A stretch of DNA of 64,000 bases, from the NCBI RefSeq assembly GCF_009914755.1, contig NC_060934.1. The stretch is one strand, 5' to 3'. The translations under genes and the position numbers were made by a program. A model generated the notes under the pieces. That model did not search any database, was not told the origin of the DNA, and was given only the letters and a program-made list of their open reading frames with translations. This document shows, in pieces, positions 40,505 to 54,746 of the stretch. How positions within the stretch are numbered: position 1 is the stretch's first letter; each line of letters begins with the position of its first letter. The DNA comes from the human T2T-CHM13v2.0 reference genome, Homo sapiens.

Positions 40505-40880
40505 TGTACTGATTTGCTAGGACTGCTAGACGGAAGATTAAGTGGTTTAAACAACTCAAGTGTGTCTTCTCACAATTCTGGGGGCCAGGAGTCTGGCCTC
40601 AAGGTGTCAGCAGGGTTGATTTCCCTCGAGGCCTCTTTCCCTGACTTGTAGGCAGCTGCCTTCCTGCTTAGTCCTCTGGTCTTCATTCTGCATGTCTGTG
40701 TCCTAATCTCCACTTTTTACAAGGACACCAGGCATGTTGGGTTAGGGTGTACCCTAATGACCTCATTTTAACTGAATTACTTCCTTAAAGCACCTATTTC
40801 CAAATAAAGGCACATTCTAGGTGCTGGGGGTTAGGACTTCAATATGTGAATTGGTGCGGGACACAAGGCAGCCCATAACA
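40505..40880 (-). mobile_element. MLT1A0/B-like solo LTR
   Basis: Runs tgtactgatttgctaggactgc...caaggtgtcagcagggttg...cagcccataaca. Confidence 0.85.
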
Positions 40881-41079
40881 CAAGCCCTTCCTTTAATTTT
40901 CACAGCAGAACAGCTACCATTGCACACTTTTTAAGAGGGCTTTACTAATCGTTTGGAGAATATGGAAGAAAGCACCACTACAACTACTTCTGCATAGAGG
41001 TGCTCTCAAAAGTTGCAAGTCTAGACCAAATCCCCTGGCCACTTGAAAGGAGGTTAGCTTGCTTAACACCCTCCCTACA

Positions 41080-41426
<347 letters not shown>

Positions 41427-41741
41427 TTATGCTGTTGAAATCAAAATTACTTCTGCACCTTAGAGTCCAGTCCCAACCAGGGAGGTCCAGGGAGAGAAAG
41501 AAGTTTTTCTGACTCTTGGCTGTTGGTCTCACCTCTCCAGTTCTCCCTTCCTCTTCCAGGAGTAGCTCCTTCTGGGGTGACTGAGTTTGTCAATATTCAT
41601 TCCCTGATGGAAAAAACACACACACTACCCACAAAAGAGTGATCTCTGCAGCTCATAGCTGGACAGTTAAATCAGACATAATCATTCAATATCAGTACAT
41701 TTCCCAGGGTCTAGATGCTCGACTCTTAAAAATACTTAGTG

Positions 41742-41956
41742 TCTGCCGTGGTGATTCATGCCTGTAATCCCAGCATGTTGGGAAGCCAAGGAAAGAGGGT
41801 CGCTTGAGCTCAGGAGTTCGAAGCCAGCCTGGGCAGCATCCTACTAGATGCCATCATTTGAGCCCAGGAGATGGAGGCTGTGGTGAGCCAAGATTACACC
41901 ATTGCTCTCCAGCCCAGGTGACAGAGTGAGACCCTGTCTCAAAAACAAACAAAAAC
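41742..41956 (+). mobile_element. AluJ with a central deletion and short filler
   Basis: The left arm runs to gggcagcat, the filler is cctactagatgcc, and the right arm resumes at atcatttgagcccagg. Confidence 0.85.
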
Positions 41957-41961
41957 CCCAC

Positions 41962-42039
41962 CTTCTCATCTTGGGAGCCTTCTCTCTCCACCAGCCTGAT
42001 GGGTGGCTTAGTTTTCTGTGGCTGCTAAAAGTAATTCCA
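41962..42039 (+). repeat. 78-bp dispersed duplicate of 43320-43397
   Basis: 74 of 78 positions are identical, with no gaps. Confidence 0.95.
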
Positions 42040-42053
42040 AGTGTGCTGAACAC

Positions 42054-42435
42054 TGTGGAAGAGACTGCCAGCTACCCCAAAGGTTTCTGTGTCTCCTTTA
42101 GTGCAGAGACAGCCCCTACCTCCCCTGTATCTAGGTAAGACAACATGATTGAGTCTCACCAGTGGAATGTGAGTGAAAATAAATAACTTTGGGACAGAAG
42201 AGAAGCAGGTGGGTCTTCTTCACCATCTTTCCTCATCCACTGGCCAGGCATAAAGTTCATCAAGGCCCTAGGAAAGGGCAGAGACACAAGAGGGAAGGAG
42301 CCTGGGTCCCTGAGCCGTTATGTAGAATGTCAACTGCCAAACCGACAGTTTGCTAATTGACAGGATTGTTATAGAAGTGAGAAATTCACTTATGTTGAGT
42401 GAAGCCACTGAAATTCAGGCTTGCATTACTTATTT
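42054..42435 (+). mobile_element. MLT1H/J-like solo LTR
   Basis: Contains 'ccagtggaatgtgagtgaaa', 'gaaggagcctgggtccctgag' and 'gaagccactgaaattcagg'. Confidence 0.65.
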
Positions 42436-42792
42436 ACTTTGACAAACACAAAAGCCAACAGGACAACCTAGCTGGAACCTCCCTGGGTCAGGTCCAGGTT
42501 CTCTTCTCGCGCCTCCTCCACCGCAATGAGCAGCCACACAGCCTTCACATAGTCTTGCACGCTTCCAGCCATGATAGCTGTGAACTTGTCCAGGATATAC
42601 ACGCCTCCCCATGACAAGCAATAAGTTCAAGGTACACCCATTCGTGAAAAGAAATATCTCAGAGTTTCCTATACCAGTCATAATCAACATTTAATGTCTA
42701 CCCCTGAGGAAAATTAACCTGCTTATAGATTTAGATAAATGTTCTATTTTGTTTTGCTTTTCATTCTTGCCCATTGATGTTTTTAAGAATCT

Positions 42793-43264
42793 TGCTATGC
42801 ACTGAAGGTCTGTGCCCCTCTAAAATGTGCATGTTGAATCCCTAACATGAGACGTGATGGTGTTTGGAGATGGGGCCTTTGGGAAGTGACTAGGTTTACA
42901 TGAGGTCATGATAGTAAGGCCCCCATGGCAGGGTTAGTGCTCTTAGAAGAGAAGAAGGCCAGAGTGAGCTCTCTCTCTCCCTCTCTCTCTCTGTCTCTCT
43001 CTCTCTCTCTCTTGCTCTGTCTCTCTCTCTCTCTCTTGCTCTGTCTCTGTCTCTCTCTGCCATGTGGGGGCACAGCAAGAAGGCAGCCACCTGCAAATAA
43101 GGAAGCGGACCCTCACCAGGAACTGAACTGCCCTCACCCTGATTGTGGACCTCTCAGCCTCCAGAACTGTTAGAAATAAACGTCTGTGGTTGAAGCCATC
43201 CAGTATGCGGTATGTTGTTATATCATGTTGTATTTCGTTATAGCAGCCCGAGCTGACTAAGGCA
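42793..43264 (+). mobile_element. MLT1A-like solo LTR with internal (CT)n
   Basis: Runs tgctatgcactgaa...gctgactaaggca, with perfect TSD aatct. Confidence 0.9.
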
Positions 43265-43361
43265 AATCTTGAGGTAAAATCTTGGCAGAACTCTGCCTCT
43301 TTCTGCTTTTAGGGGAGATCTTCTCATCTTGGGGGTCTTCTCTCTCCACCAGCCTGATGAG

Positions 43362-43842
43362 TGGCTTAATTTTCTGTGGCTGCTAAAAGTAATTCCACAA
43401 ACTTAGTGTTTTAAACAATACAAACTCATCATCTTACTGTTCTGGAGCTCAGAGTCTGACAAGAATCTCACTAATCTCAAACCAAGGTGTCAGCAAGACT
43501 GTGTTCCTTCTGGAGGGTCTACGGGAGAATCCATTTCCTTGCCTTTTCCAGCTTCTAGAGGATATCTGCATTCCTTGGCTCATGGCCCTTCCTCCACCTT
43601 CAAGGCCAGCAGCATTGGGCCAGGTCTCCTCTCAGTCTGCTGTCTCTCTGATTTTCTGCAGCCAGGACCCTTGTGATGGCATTGGCCCCAAATGGATAAT
43701 CCAGGATCATCTCCTATCCCAAAGTCCTTAACCTTAATCACATTTGCAAAGTCTCTTTTGTCATGTAAGGTAACATATTCACAGGCTAGGAGGATTAGGA
43801 TGTGGCTCTCTTTGGGATGTGTCTATTATTTTGCCCATCACT
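43362..43842 (-). mobile_element. MLT1D/E-like solo LTR
   Basis: Contains 'ttttctgtggctgct...ccacaaacttagtg...caaggtgtcagcaag...ccttaaccttaatcacatttgcaaagtc'. Confidence 0.85.
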
Positions 43843-45399
43843 GTGAGTTCTGCGCCCTCACATATCTTCCCAAGCCAGTTTGTAAAACACTAAAAGAAAA
43901 GAAATCCCAAACCTCCTGCATCTGTCTGAAAAGCTGTTGCTTTGTTCTTGAATCACTATTTGTGCCTCAATGTTCCATAGAACCACTAGTCTTAGTTCAG
44001 TGTTTGGGCAAATGGAAACAGAATCCAAGTGCATCTAATTCCCTGCACAGTCCCTGGCATAGGCATAGAGAGAATCAGGCTGGGGCCTCATGAAGAGCAG
44101 CCTGGTGAAATAAAAGCAAATCCTGGTAAGTGGGCTTTGGGTTGACTTTCAGGATCAAAACTGGGTTTTCTCCTTTGTATAAGACGGGGAGGCAAAAAGG
44201 ATTTTCTGGGTGCCTCCAAAGCCTCCTTCAGTTTTCTCCTCCTCCAGAGTCTGTGACGTGTGTGTTTGCACTCCATTCTCATCTCAGCACTCTGTTCAGT
44301 CCACTCTCTCCCCCACTAGTTGACAGCTGCCATGGAAATGCATTCTCAGGGTCCTGCCTCTATCCTTCTTTTCTCATCTGTCATTTCTCAATTCTTTCTT
44401 AAACTCGCCAACTGCTGTAGATTTCACGACCATCCTCTGGATTCATTCCTTGCATTTTTGTTTTCAGAATTCCCCCTGGGACTTAGACATTCACTCAATT
44501 CAGATGCCTGGATCATTTGAGACATGATCCTTCTATAATTGTAATATGCCTGGGCTTGCGCTTGCTGTATGATTAATCAAGTTATGACCTCGGCAACACA
44601 GGCTTGTTCCAAACTTTTATAAGATGCCTGGGAGTTCCAACCCTATTTGGGGGAAGATATAAATAGGAATTGTTCATTTAAAAGTCCTCCCAGGTGTTGA
44701 AAAGTAATCACCCAGTAACACCAAGGTACAGTATTAATATTTTTTCCAGAGAGACTCTATTTCTACTTGCAGATTTGCAGATCTCATATTTTGCAAAGCT
44801 GGATGGAAGTCTTCATGCTCACATCAATCAACGCTTATCTTTCAAACAGGCTTCTGGTCCTGGATCAGTGGAAAATTAATTTCATAATAGAACCATGGCT
44901 TTCTTCTTGGGAATTTGAGATGTTTGTTCATTGCCAAGAGCACGGGGTTGTAAAAGATAGTCCTTCATGTAACAGATCCTACTTCATAAACATGAGATCA
45001 GGGTAATCCTTTAGAATTTGGGGAGACATTTCCAAAGTGCTGGGGCTAAGGGCCACCATGGTATCTCTTTCTTTGGGTGACTGCTTCAAGAAAGGCACAG
45101 CAATTTGGCAACGACTCACTCAGCCTTAATGTCCGTATTTGACCCTTCCCCATCATCACCAGCTTCCCCTGTGAGATTCTTTCCTTCAATATTTACTGAG
45201 AGCCTACCATGTGCTCAAGACAATCAATGTCTTAGGCGTTTAGTCAACACATCCTCAGGCTTTTACCCTAAAATATCTTGATTTCTTTACTCCGACTTCC
45301 TGCCTGGACTCCTTGACTTGCAGCTTCAATTGCTCTGGTAAATTAAACCTCCTAGCTGCTACCTGCCACCAGAGCGATCTCTCCCAACCACTCATGTGA

Positions 45400-45727
<328 letters not shown>

Positions 45728-47016
45728 CACTCATGTGATAAAATCAGTTTAAAAATCTGGTGTTTCCCCATAGCTGGCACCATCATCTGTGCCCCCTGCT
45801 AGATCCCTAGGCTAAAGCAGTAAGACCCACCATTCCTTCCTGTACCATGCTCTTTTACACTGGCCTGGCCTTTGCCCATACTCTTTGCTCTACTTGAGAT
45901 GCCTTTGCCCTCTTCTCTACCTTCTATATTCTGGTCATCCTTCAAGACTGAGTTCAAATGTCACTTCTGCCCACGTGGAAAGAGCAATGGACCATGAACC
46001 AGAAGCCCTAGCCTGAAGTCCAGCTCTGCCATTCACTAGATATGTGACACAAAACAAGTCACTCTTCCCATGTAGGCTAATTTCAAAGTTTATAGATTTG
46101 AAAATCTGGATGGGTTGATCTCATTCCTTCTTGGAATAGTGTCTATGTCTTTGGCTGTTTTCCAAGGCCCCTTGAGCCACCTCCCCAAACTCTCCATAAA
46201 GTTAAAAATACACACACTGGCTCACAATCTCATTCCTGAAAGACTATACCTAAAATGAGAGCTCTGTGCGTATAAGATTGTACGCACACATATACACGTG
46301 GAAACAAGGTGAGTGAGTGTTGATCAATGGCAGAATGGATGAACTCATGGTAGAAGCACAAAATACTACACAATCACTAAAAAGAGTGAGTTAGAACTAT
46401 TACAAGCTGATTTGGAGGGATTGCTTGCTGGTGCATGTTATTAATAAGGGAAAAGAAAACCTATACACTCACACACAGAGAAATGTGAAAACTGTGACCG
46501 TATTTTACCAAAAGAGTGAGCTTTGCAAGCCGTGCCTCACAGGTTTGCATAAACCACAGAAACATCCAGAAAGATGTGGAAGGATGCACACTGGATTCTT
46601 AGCACTGATGACCTGGGTGCAGGGGTGGATGAGGGTTGGGGACAGAGAGAGAAATAACCCAAAAATAAAAGATTTTTTTAATGACTGATTAAAAAAAGAA
46701 AAGCATATAATATCCATTAACATAAAATTATATTTCTGGGCATGTTTATCTTCACTAAGACATGAATGAAAGATTGGCATCAAGTAGGAATAGTGTTATC
46801 TCAGGCGAGAGGGAGTGAAGGCAATTTTCACTTTCTACCCTCATCCTTTACTGAACCATTTGCCTTGATTTCAATGAGTGTGCATGGTCTGATCAGAGGA
46901 GCAATCATGGCTGAAGCATAGGAGGCACTACTTCTGTGGTCTAGGCACTTTCTGTATAGTGACTCATTTGGGCCTTGCAAGTAATATTTTATGACATCAG
47001 TAGTATTTTGGTGGGA

Positions 47017-47290
47017 TTATATTTTTTACTGATGTATAATATATGTACATATTTTGGGGGTTCTGTGATATTTTGATACATTCAAATAATGTGTAAAGAT
47101 CAAATTAGGATAATAGGGATAGCCATCATCTTAAAAATTTGTCGTTTCTTTATACTAGGAACATATGAATTATTCTCTTCTAGCTGTTTTGTAATGTACA
47201 ATAGATTATTGTTAACTGTGGTCACTCTACTGATCTGTGAAACACTAGGTCTTATTTCTTCTAACTGACTATACCTTTGTACCCAAAATC
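47017..47290 (-). mobile_element. L1MA 3' UTR fragment inserted in a MIR
   Basis: Antisense L1MA tail, with MIR sequence on both sides (about 46930-47010 and 47295-47385). Confidence 0.8.
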
Positions 47291-47389
47291 AGCACTATTA
47301 TTATGCCCAGTTTTAAAATGAGGAACTGGGACACAGAATGGGCCATAACTTGCCCAAGTCATACAGTTTGTGTGTGGTAATGCCAGTCT

Positions 47390-47937
<548 letters not shown>

Positions 47938-48349
47938 AGGTAATAGTCTGGGTTCAGAGTCCAGTGTGGACTTAACCACAAAGAAAAACTGCCTCAGTAA
48001 TTAGAAAATGATACAAATGCCGTCTTCACACTGGGAAAGTGAATGCCCTCCCTTGTCAGGGCTTCCCCTGGCCTTGTGTCTTTCACCACCTGCCACTGCG
48101 GCCCACCTGCAGGACCCCTCCTTTGAACCGCTGAAGGGCAGCTTCCCAACTTCATCTTCCCATCCCACCCCTGGGCACGAGCTGGCTCCCAATGAAAGTG
48201 TACTGAAGTAGGATTGCTAATCTTTACCCTCTCTTTCCAACAAAACCATGAAACTGAGGAAAGAATTTGAAACACAGTACTTCTTGGTTTATGAGCTCAT
48301 GTGCATACAGAGTAAAAAAAATAATTTCTAATATAAACATCATTAAAGT

Positions 48350-48397
48350 TATTACTGGGTTTTAAATTGCATTGTATTACTGGGTTTTAAATTGCAT
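48350..48397. repeat. Perfect 23-bp tandem duplication with 25-bp period
   Basis: Reads tattactgggttttaaattgcat-tg-tattactgggttttaaattgcat. Confidence 0.97.
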
Positions 48398-49664
48398 CTA
48401 ATGACTAGAGAAAGCTATTAAGCCTTTATATAGAATGGAAGTTGTTATTTTTTAAAGGCACCTTCTATTTAATATACATCCCAAATTAGACCTGCCAGAG
48501 AAACTGACTGTTTTACAGTTATCATTTGTGCTGACTTCAAAGGAAAGCCAACTTAACTGCAGTTCCTGCTGGTGCAGGGGCCACGTTTCATACTGCAAAC
48601 TTTTAGTTGTTCTCTTGAAAGTCATAATTAACATTAAAACCAGCCTAAAATTATCACAATTTATATGGTGGTGAATTCACAGGAAAACCCATGAGTAGCT
48701 TTACCACAAACAGGAGGTAGAACCGTATTTTGTATTAGTCATTGAATAATATGCCCATTGGAAAGACGCGTGGGACAAACTGGAATTTATTGTGTGCTCA
48801 TTATTTCATGAGTCGCAGCAAACCCAACAGTCAGGTCAACCTGCAGGTCGAACTGCTTGGGAAGTTCTTTTAATATTGTGTCAGGACCTTCAGCAGTGGC
48901 TGCTTCCTACTGCTCATTCTAATTAAAGGCATTAGCCAAAGCCTTTTTCCCCTTGATCAACAATGGTTAAGAAACCGCAATTGTGGTTTCTGGTTCACTT
49001 TTGTGTGTTTTCTCTGAAGTCTGAAGCACTCCTTGCATCTCCTGCTATTTTTATATTTTGATTTAAGTAGGCGTTAGTTCCAGATCATGTCTTTTCTATA
49101 CCTTTCCATTCTTTCAGTCCCAGGGCCTAAAATCCTTGTTATTTCCACGTCTCTTCCTACTCTATTGCTCCATATCATCCTTTCTTCATCACTTTCTCCT
49201 CCGTTCTGTTCTCATGGCCACACCCAAAGCCAGGCTCCTCTTCCCTCATTCCCAGATTACTGAGGCATCCTTGCAGTTCCTCTCACTGCTGTCCCTACTG
49301 CTCGGTTCATTTTCTGGAGACAAGCTCATCTCTCCTCCTGTTCAAGATTCTGCAGTGACTCTGTTGATCACTTCACCAAGTCACACTTCCCTGTCCCCTT
49401 TAAGTCCCTGCATTCCCTGGCCTCCAACTGCCCAGCCAACCTTGCCAGCCTCTTCCTCCCTTTCTCTAGTCATCTCTGCTCCTCCTATTCCACGACCCCA
49501 CTATTTCCATTCTGACCCCAAGGCCTTGAATTATTTAGTCTCCATTTACTTAGAACACTCTCCTGCTTGCCCTTTGCTTTTCCAACTCCCAGCCAACATG
49601 TTCTAGTAGAAGGAATCCTAAAGGAACTAGAAAACTCCCACCCAAGTTCCAGAACCACTACTTT

Positions 49665-50074
49665 ACCAGTCATCTATTCCTATATGACAAATTACTCCAA
49701 AACCTAGTGGCTTAAAACAAGTCATTTTATTAAGTGTCATTATTTTGTGGATCAAGATTTGGGGTAAGGCTCAGCTAGGAAATTCTTCCACTTACCTGGG
49801 ATTGACTAAGGTTAGCTGGTATATTAAGTGGGAGACTGGTCTGGTCTGTGTGTCCAAAACAACTTCAACTCACATACCTGGTGCCGTGGAGGAAATGGCT
49901 GCAAGGGTGGACTCAGCTAGAATTGTCAATGAAAGGTCTACATGTAGCCTCTTCAGCCTGGTGAAATCCCATCACATTCACAAGTCCTGCCCACATGCAA
50001 GTGGAGGGAATTATGCAAGGCACGGACATCAAGGGGCAGGAATCTTGGGGCATCTTAGAATTCTGCCTACCACG
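49665..50074 (-). mobile_element. MLT1F/H-like solo LTR, internally deleted
   Basis: Runs 'acaaattactccaaaacctagtggcttaaaacaa' ... 'catcttagaattctgcctaccac'. Confidence 0.7.
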
Positions 50075-50425
50075 GTCATCCAGTAAGATGTGGCATTGCT
50101 ATGATTGGAAGCCTGATACTCTTACCACCAAGGTCTGAGTCCATAAACAACCTGGAATACCTACAAAATGAAGGAATAATTATGAAAGCACACTGCAGCC
50201 TTCTAAGAGGCTAAGAGAATGGGGGTTGGTATTACTATTTCTCATTCATCAGGGTTCAGCTTGAATCCTCTGCCCCTGTAATCTGTGCCATAAAGACCCT
50301 ACTGACCTCTGGAGTTTAGCTCACCCAATCTCCACCTTCTTTGAGTTTCATTTCCCTTGGTTAATTACCTTCACACCATGTAGTTTACTTTTTCTTCTGT
50401 TGGTTTTGTCTCCTCATATGCCTGC

Positions 50426-50931
50426 ACAGTAGGCTGAATAATGGTCCCCAAAGATATCATGTCCTAATTTCCAGGACCTGGAAATGTTACCTTATTAGAA
50501 AAAGTAGTCTCTGCAAATATGATCAAGTTAAGAGTCTTGAGATGGGGAAAGTATCCTGGATTATCGAAGTGGGCCCTAATTGTAATCATAGTGCCCTTAT
50601 AAGAGAAGTAGAGAAAGATTCGACACACAAAAAAGAGGAAAGTGATGTGAAGATGGAACAGGGAGAGATTTGAAGATGCTGCCTTGAGGACTGGCATGAT
50701 ACAACCAGGAGCCAAGGATTGCTGCCAGCCAGCAGAAGCTGGGAGAGGTAAGGAACTGATTTTTCCCTAGAGGCTCTGTGGGGAAGCACAGCGCTGCTGA
50801 CACCTTGATTTCAGCCCAGTGATAGTGACTCTGGGCTTCTGACTTCCAGAATTCTGAGAGAGTAAATTTCTGTTGTTTCAAGCCACCAAGTCTGTGGTGA
50901 TTTGTTACAGCAGCTACAGGAAATGGAGATA
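50426..50931 (+). mobile_element. MLT1D solo LTR
   Basis: Runs 'gtaggctgaataatggtccccaaagatatc' ... 'aagccaccaagtctgtggtgatttgttacagcagctacaggaaa'. Confidence 0.9.
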
Positions 50932-51236
50932 GGCTGTAAGAGCCTTGAGAGAAGTCCTGGAATATTGTATCGTCATTGAAAATATTCAACAAGACTTTGT
51001 AACTGCAAGAAAAAAAAAGTGATATGCTACAATGTTCTCTAAAAACCAGGGTTAAAAATAAAAGTTGTGGGTATTATGATCACAGCTACATAAAAATACA
51101 GAGAAAATAAACTAGAAAGAAGAGAGGTATTACGAGAGCAGATTGTGTTTTCTCTTTCTATATCTCTTTTTCAAAAATTCATTGAACCATATTACTTTTA
51201 TAGTGAGAAGTTTTCAATTTTTTTTAAGAGAAAGTA

Positions 51237-51567
51237 CAGTTGTTCCTCAGTATCCATGGGTGATTGGCTCCAGAACCTCTGCAGATACCAAAATCTAAGG
51301 ATGTTCAAGTCCCTTATATAAAACGGCATTGTATTGGCATAGAATCCACGTGCTCCTCTCCTATACTTTAAATCATCTCTAGATTACTTAGAATACATAA
51401 TAAAATGTAAATACTACGTAAACAGCTGCTAAACTGCATTGTTGAGAGAATAATGACAAGAAAAATAGTCTGTACATGTTGAGTCCAGATGCAATTTTTT
51501 TCAAAAATTTTTGATATGCAGTTGGTTGAATCATGGATGTGGAACCCATGGATATGAGAGCTGACTG
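51237..51567. mobile_element. MER2 (Tigger-family MITE)
   Basis: TA-flanked TIRs cagttgttcctcagtatccatggg / cccatggatatgagagctgactg. Confidence 0.9.
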
Positions 51568-51902
51568 TACCTTTGGTAGTTTTGTTAAGTGCTTCCCACT
51601 TCCTAGTGACTGTGTTGGGTAAAATCAAAGATCCTGGAGGCCTGGACTTTTAACTATGCATGGCTAGTTAGACTGTGTCTGCCTTGTTCACTGCTGTTCC
51701 TTCTGTGCCTGGGACAGTGTATTCTAGGGCCTCAGTCCATGCATCTGGTGGATTGACAATGGGCAGTTGGACAAGTGGTCAGGGCTCAGAGTGCAGTTCC
51801 ATCTTGCTGTGAACAACCAAGCTGAGCAGAAGAATGCCATGTACAGAACTGGCTTGTATACAGAAGGCATACAACGTTGGCCGGATTAAATTAAATGGCA
51901 GG

Positions 51903-52248
51903 TGCTATGGACTACTTTTGTCCCCCACCCAAAATTTATATGTTGAAACCAAAACCACCACTGTGATAGTATTAGGAGATGCAGGCTTTGAGAGGTGATT
52001 AGGTCATGAGGGTAGAACCCCATGAATGGGATTAATTCTCTTATAAAAGGGACCCCAGAGAGCTCTCTTACCCTCTTTCGGCCATGTTGCACTCTGCAGC
52101 CAGGATGAGGGCTTTCACCAGAACCTGACCATGCAGGCACCCCAATCTCAGACTCCCTGCCTCTAGCGCTGTGCAAAATAAGTTTCTGTCATTTGTAAGC
52201 CATCCAGTGTGTGGCACTTTGTTATAGAAGCCTGAACAGACTAAAACA
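51903..52248 (+). mobile_element. MLT1A0-like solo LTR
   Basis: Runs tgctatggact...gaacagactaaaaca, with perfect TSD gcagg. Confidence 0.9.
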
Positions 52249-54014
52249 GCAGGAAATTATCCTGGGCAGGTAGCAGGAATGGGTGTGAACTTGCTGCTGA
52301 GAGACAGTTGAGACACTGGCATAGAACTAATGCATATTGTCACCTATATTTTAAATCATCTCCAAATTACTTATCACCTAGATTAGAAAAGGCAAGGAAA
52401 ATAACTCTGCAGGGGTTGGGTTGTGGGGGACAAAGGGGATCCTTCCCCGACACCTAAAATACATCCCAGCACTGGAGGAAAGTGCGCATGTGAAAATATA
52501 AACGTACTTCCTTCTCCTTCCTTCAGCTGTCTTTGAAAATCAAAGATTAGGTGCCCAGGGAGTGACTGGGGAGTAACTAAAGGACTGGATTAATGAAAGA
52601 ATAAATGGCCAGCACTCTGAGAGGAGCTTCATAAAACACACGAGGGTGATGGGCATGTCTCCCATTACATCCTCAACATTTACCACAATGCCTGGTACTT
52701 GGAAGACACTCTGCAAATATTTATTGAATAAATGAACCAAAGCCCAGGAAGTCCTTTGAGCCGTGATAGGGAGGAATTTACTCCTCAGTCCACTTCCCTG
52801 TGAGCCAGGAGAGCAGATGGCAGCTCATCTTGGGGGATCCAGAGGTACAAAGAAAGTCAGGGTGGGGAGGTACTGAAGGTAGCAGTGGAAGGCTGGCTCC
52901 CAAGCTCCTCCCCAGCCTTCATTTCCTCAGGGCTGGGAGAGGAAAATGCTCACCTGAGAGCTTCTGAACCCAGGGCTCCCAGCACCCAGTGATTTGAGGA
53001 AACCATTGAATCTTTCAGCTTCTTGGTTTCCTCACTTGAGGAATGAAATGGGGGAATTAATAGTGACCTCCATTCCCAGCTATTATGGGGCTTAACTAAA
53101 CAAGACTTGCAAAGTGCTTCAAACACTCAATTTCCAGTTCTGAGAAGGTGGGCTGATGTAGAGGGACAGGCTTACTGTGTGTGGTTGGTGGGGTCCACAG
53201 GGGTCCTTGCCAACGAGGAAAGCTCCCAGCAGTACCTCAATTGCATGGCAGAGATGAGCAAGGGCCAGGCAGAGGACATCACAGACTGAAGCAAGGGAAG
53301 GATGGTGCAGTTGGGATGTACAGAGGGAGGCAAGGACCTTGTTTGGAGTGGTCCCCAAACAATCCTGACAATGGAGGAGAGGGAGGCAGGATGGCCGGTC
53401 CAAGTTCTGGCTTTGTCTCTAACTCAGTCAGTAACCTTGACCCTCAGCTTTCTATATGGCGGAAACAGAGGGGTTGAATTAGGTAAGACCAGGGGCCCTT
53501 TCAGAGGTGCCCATTTACGCCATTGATGTCTTCCAAAAGTAAAGGGGGACAGTTTGAACCACAGCACATCCTAAACTGATAATCTCATCTTTGATTGACT
53601 TCTCTGAGTTTTCCAGAACTTGGATTTGGAAATATGAATAATTTCAGAAGCCAATAGTTGTTTGAAACAAAGACTTGAAACTAACTACATAATTCACTTC
53701 AAATTTGTTATGCTTTTTTAAAAACAGAACTAAAACCCAAGAGAATGGGAACAAATAACTTTAACTCCCACTTTTTGAATCATGAGCTTGAAAGGCACCT
53801 GGATGATGAAACTGTGGACGCTTTCACAGTCCCCTTTGGGTAATGCTGTGCAGCGGGCAGGACATAGCTTTGAAGCTGTGTGCATGGCCGGAGGAGCTCA
53901 CCCTGAACAGGCCAGCAAACTTCCTGCCCTGCCTTTCTTCACCTCTGAAAACTTGGACTACCAAGTGGATTAGGGCTAATATAGGTAAAGTGACTAGCCC
54001 TGTAGTCATGGTAA

Positions 54015-54424
<410 letters not shown>

Positions 54425-54431
54425 TAGTTCT

Positions 54432-54746
54432 AAAAAAAACAAACAACAAAAACAAAAAAACAAACGAAAACAAAAACAAGGTCTCATTCTTTCACCCAAG
54501 CTGGAGTGCAGTGGTGCAATCACAGCTCAATGCAGCCTCCAACTCCAGGATTTAAGCAATCCTCCTGCTTCAGCCTCACAGGTAGCTGGGACTACAGGTG
54601 TGTGTCACCATGCCCAGCTAAAATTCTTTTAGAGACACGGTCTTACTATATTGCCCAGGCTGATTTCGAACTCTTGACCTCAAGTGATCCTCTTACCTAG
54701 GCTTCCCAAAGTGGTGGGATTTCAGGCGTGAGCCACCACGCCAGGA
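54432..54746 (-). mobile_element. AluJ with the A-rich tract on the wrong strand
   Basis: The antisense body at 54476-54746 is preceded by (A3-8C)n instead of poly(T). TSD is tattgtaaatagttct / tattgtagataacttct. Confidence 0.88.
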
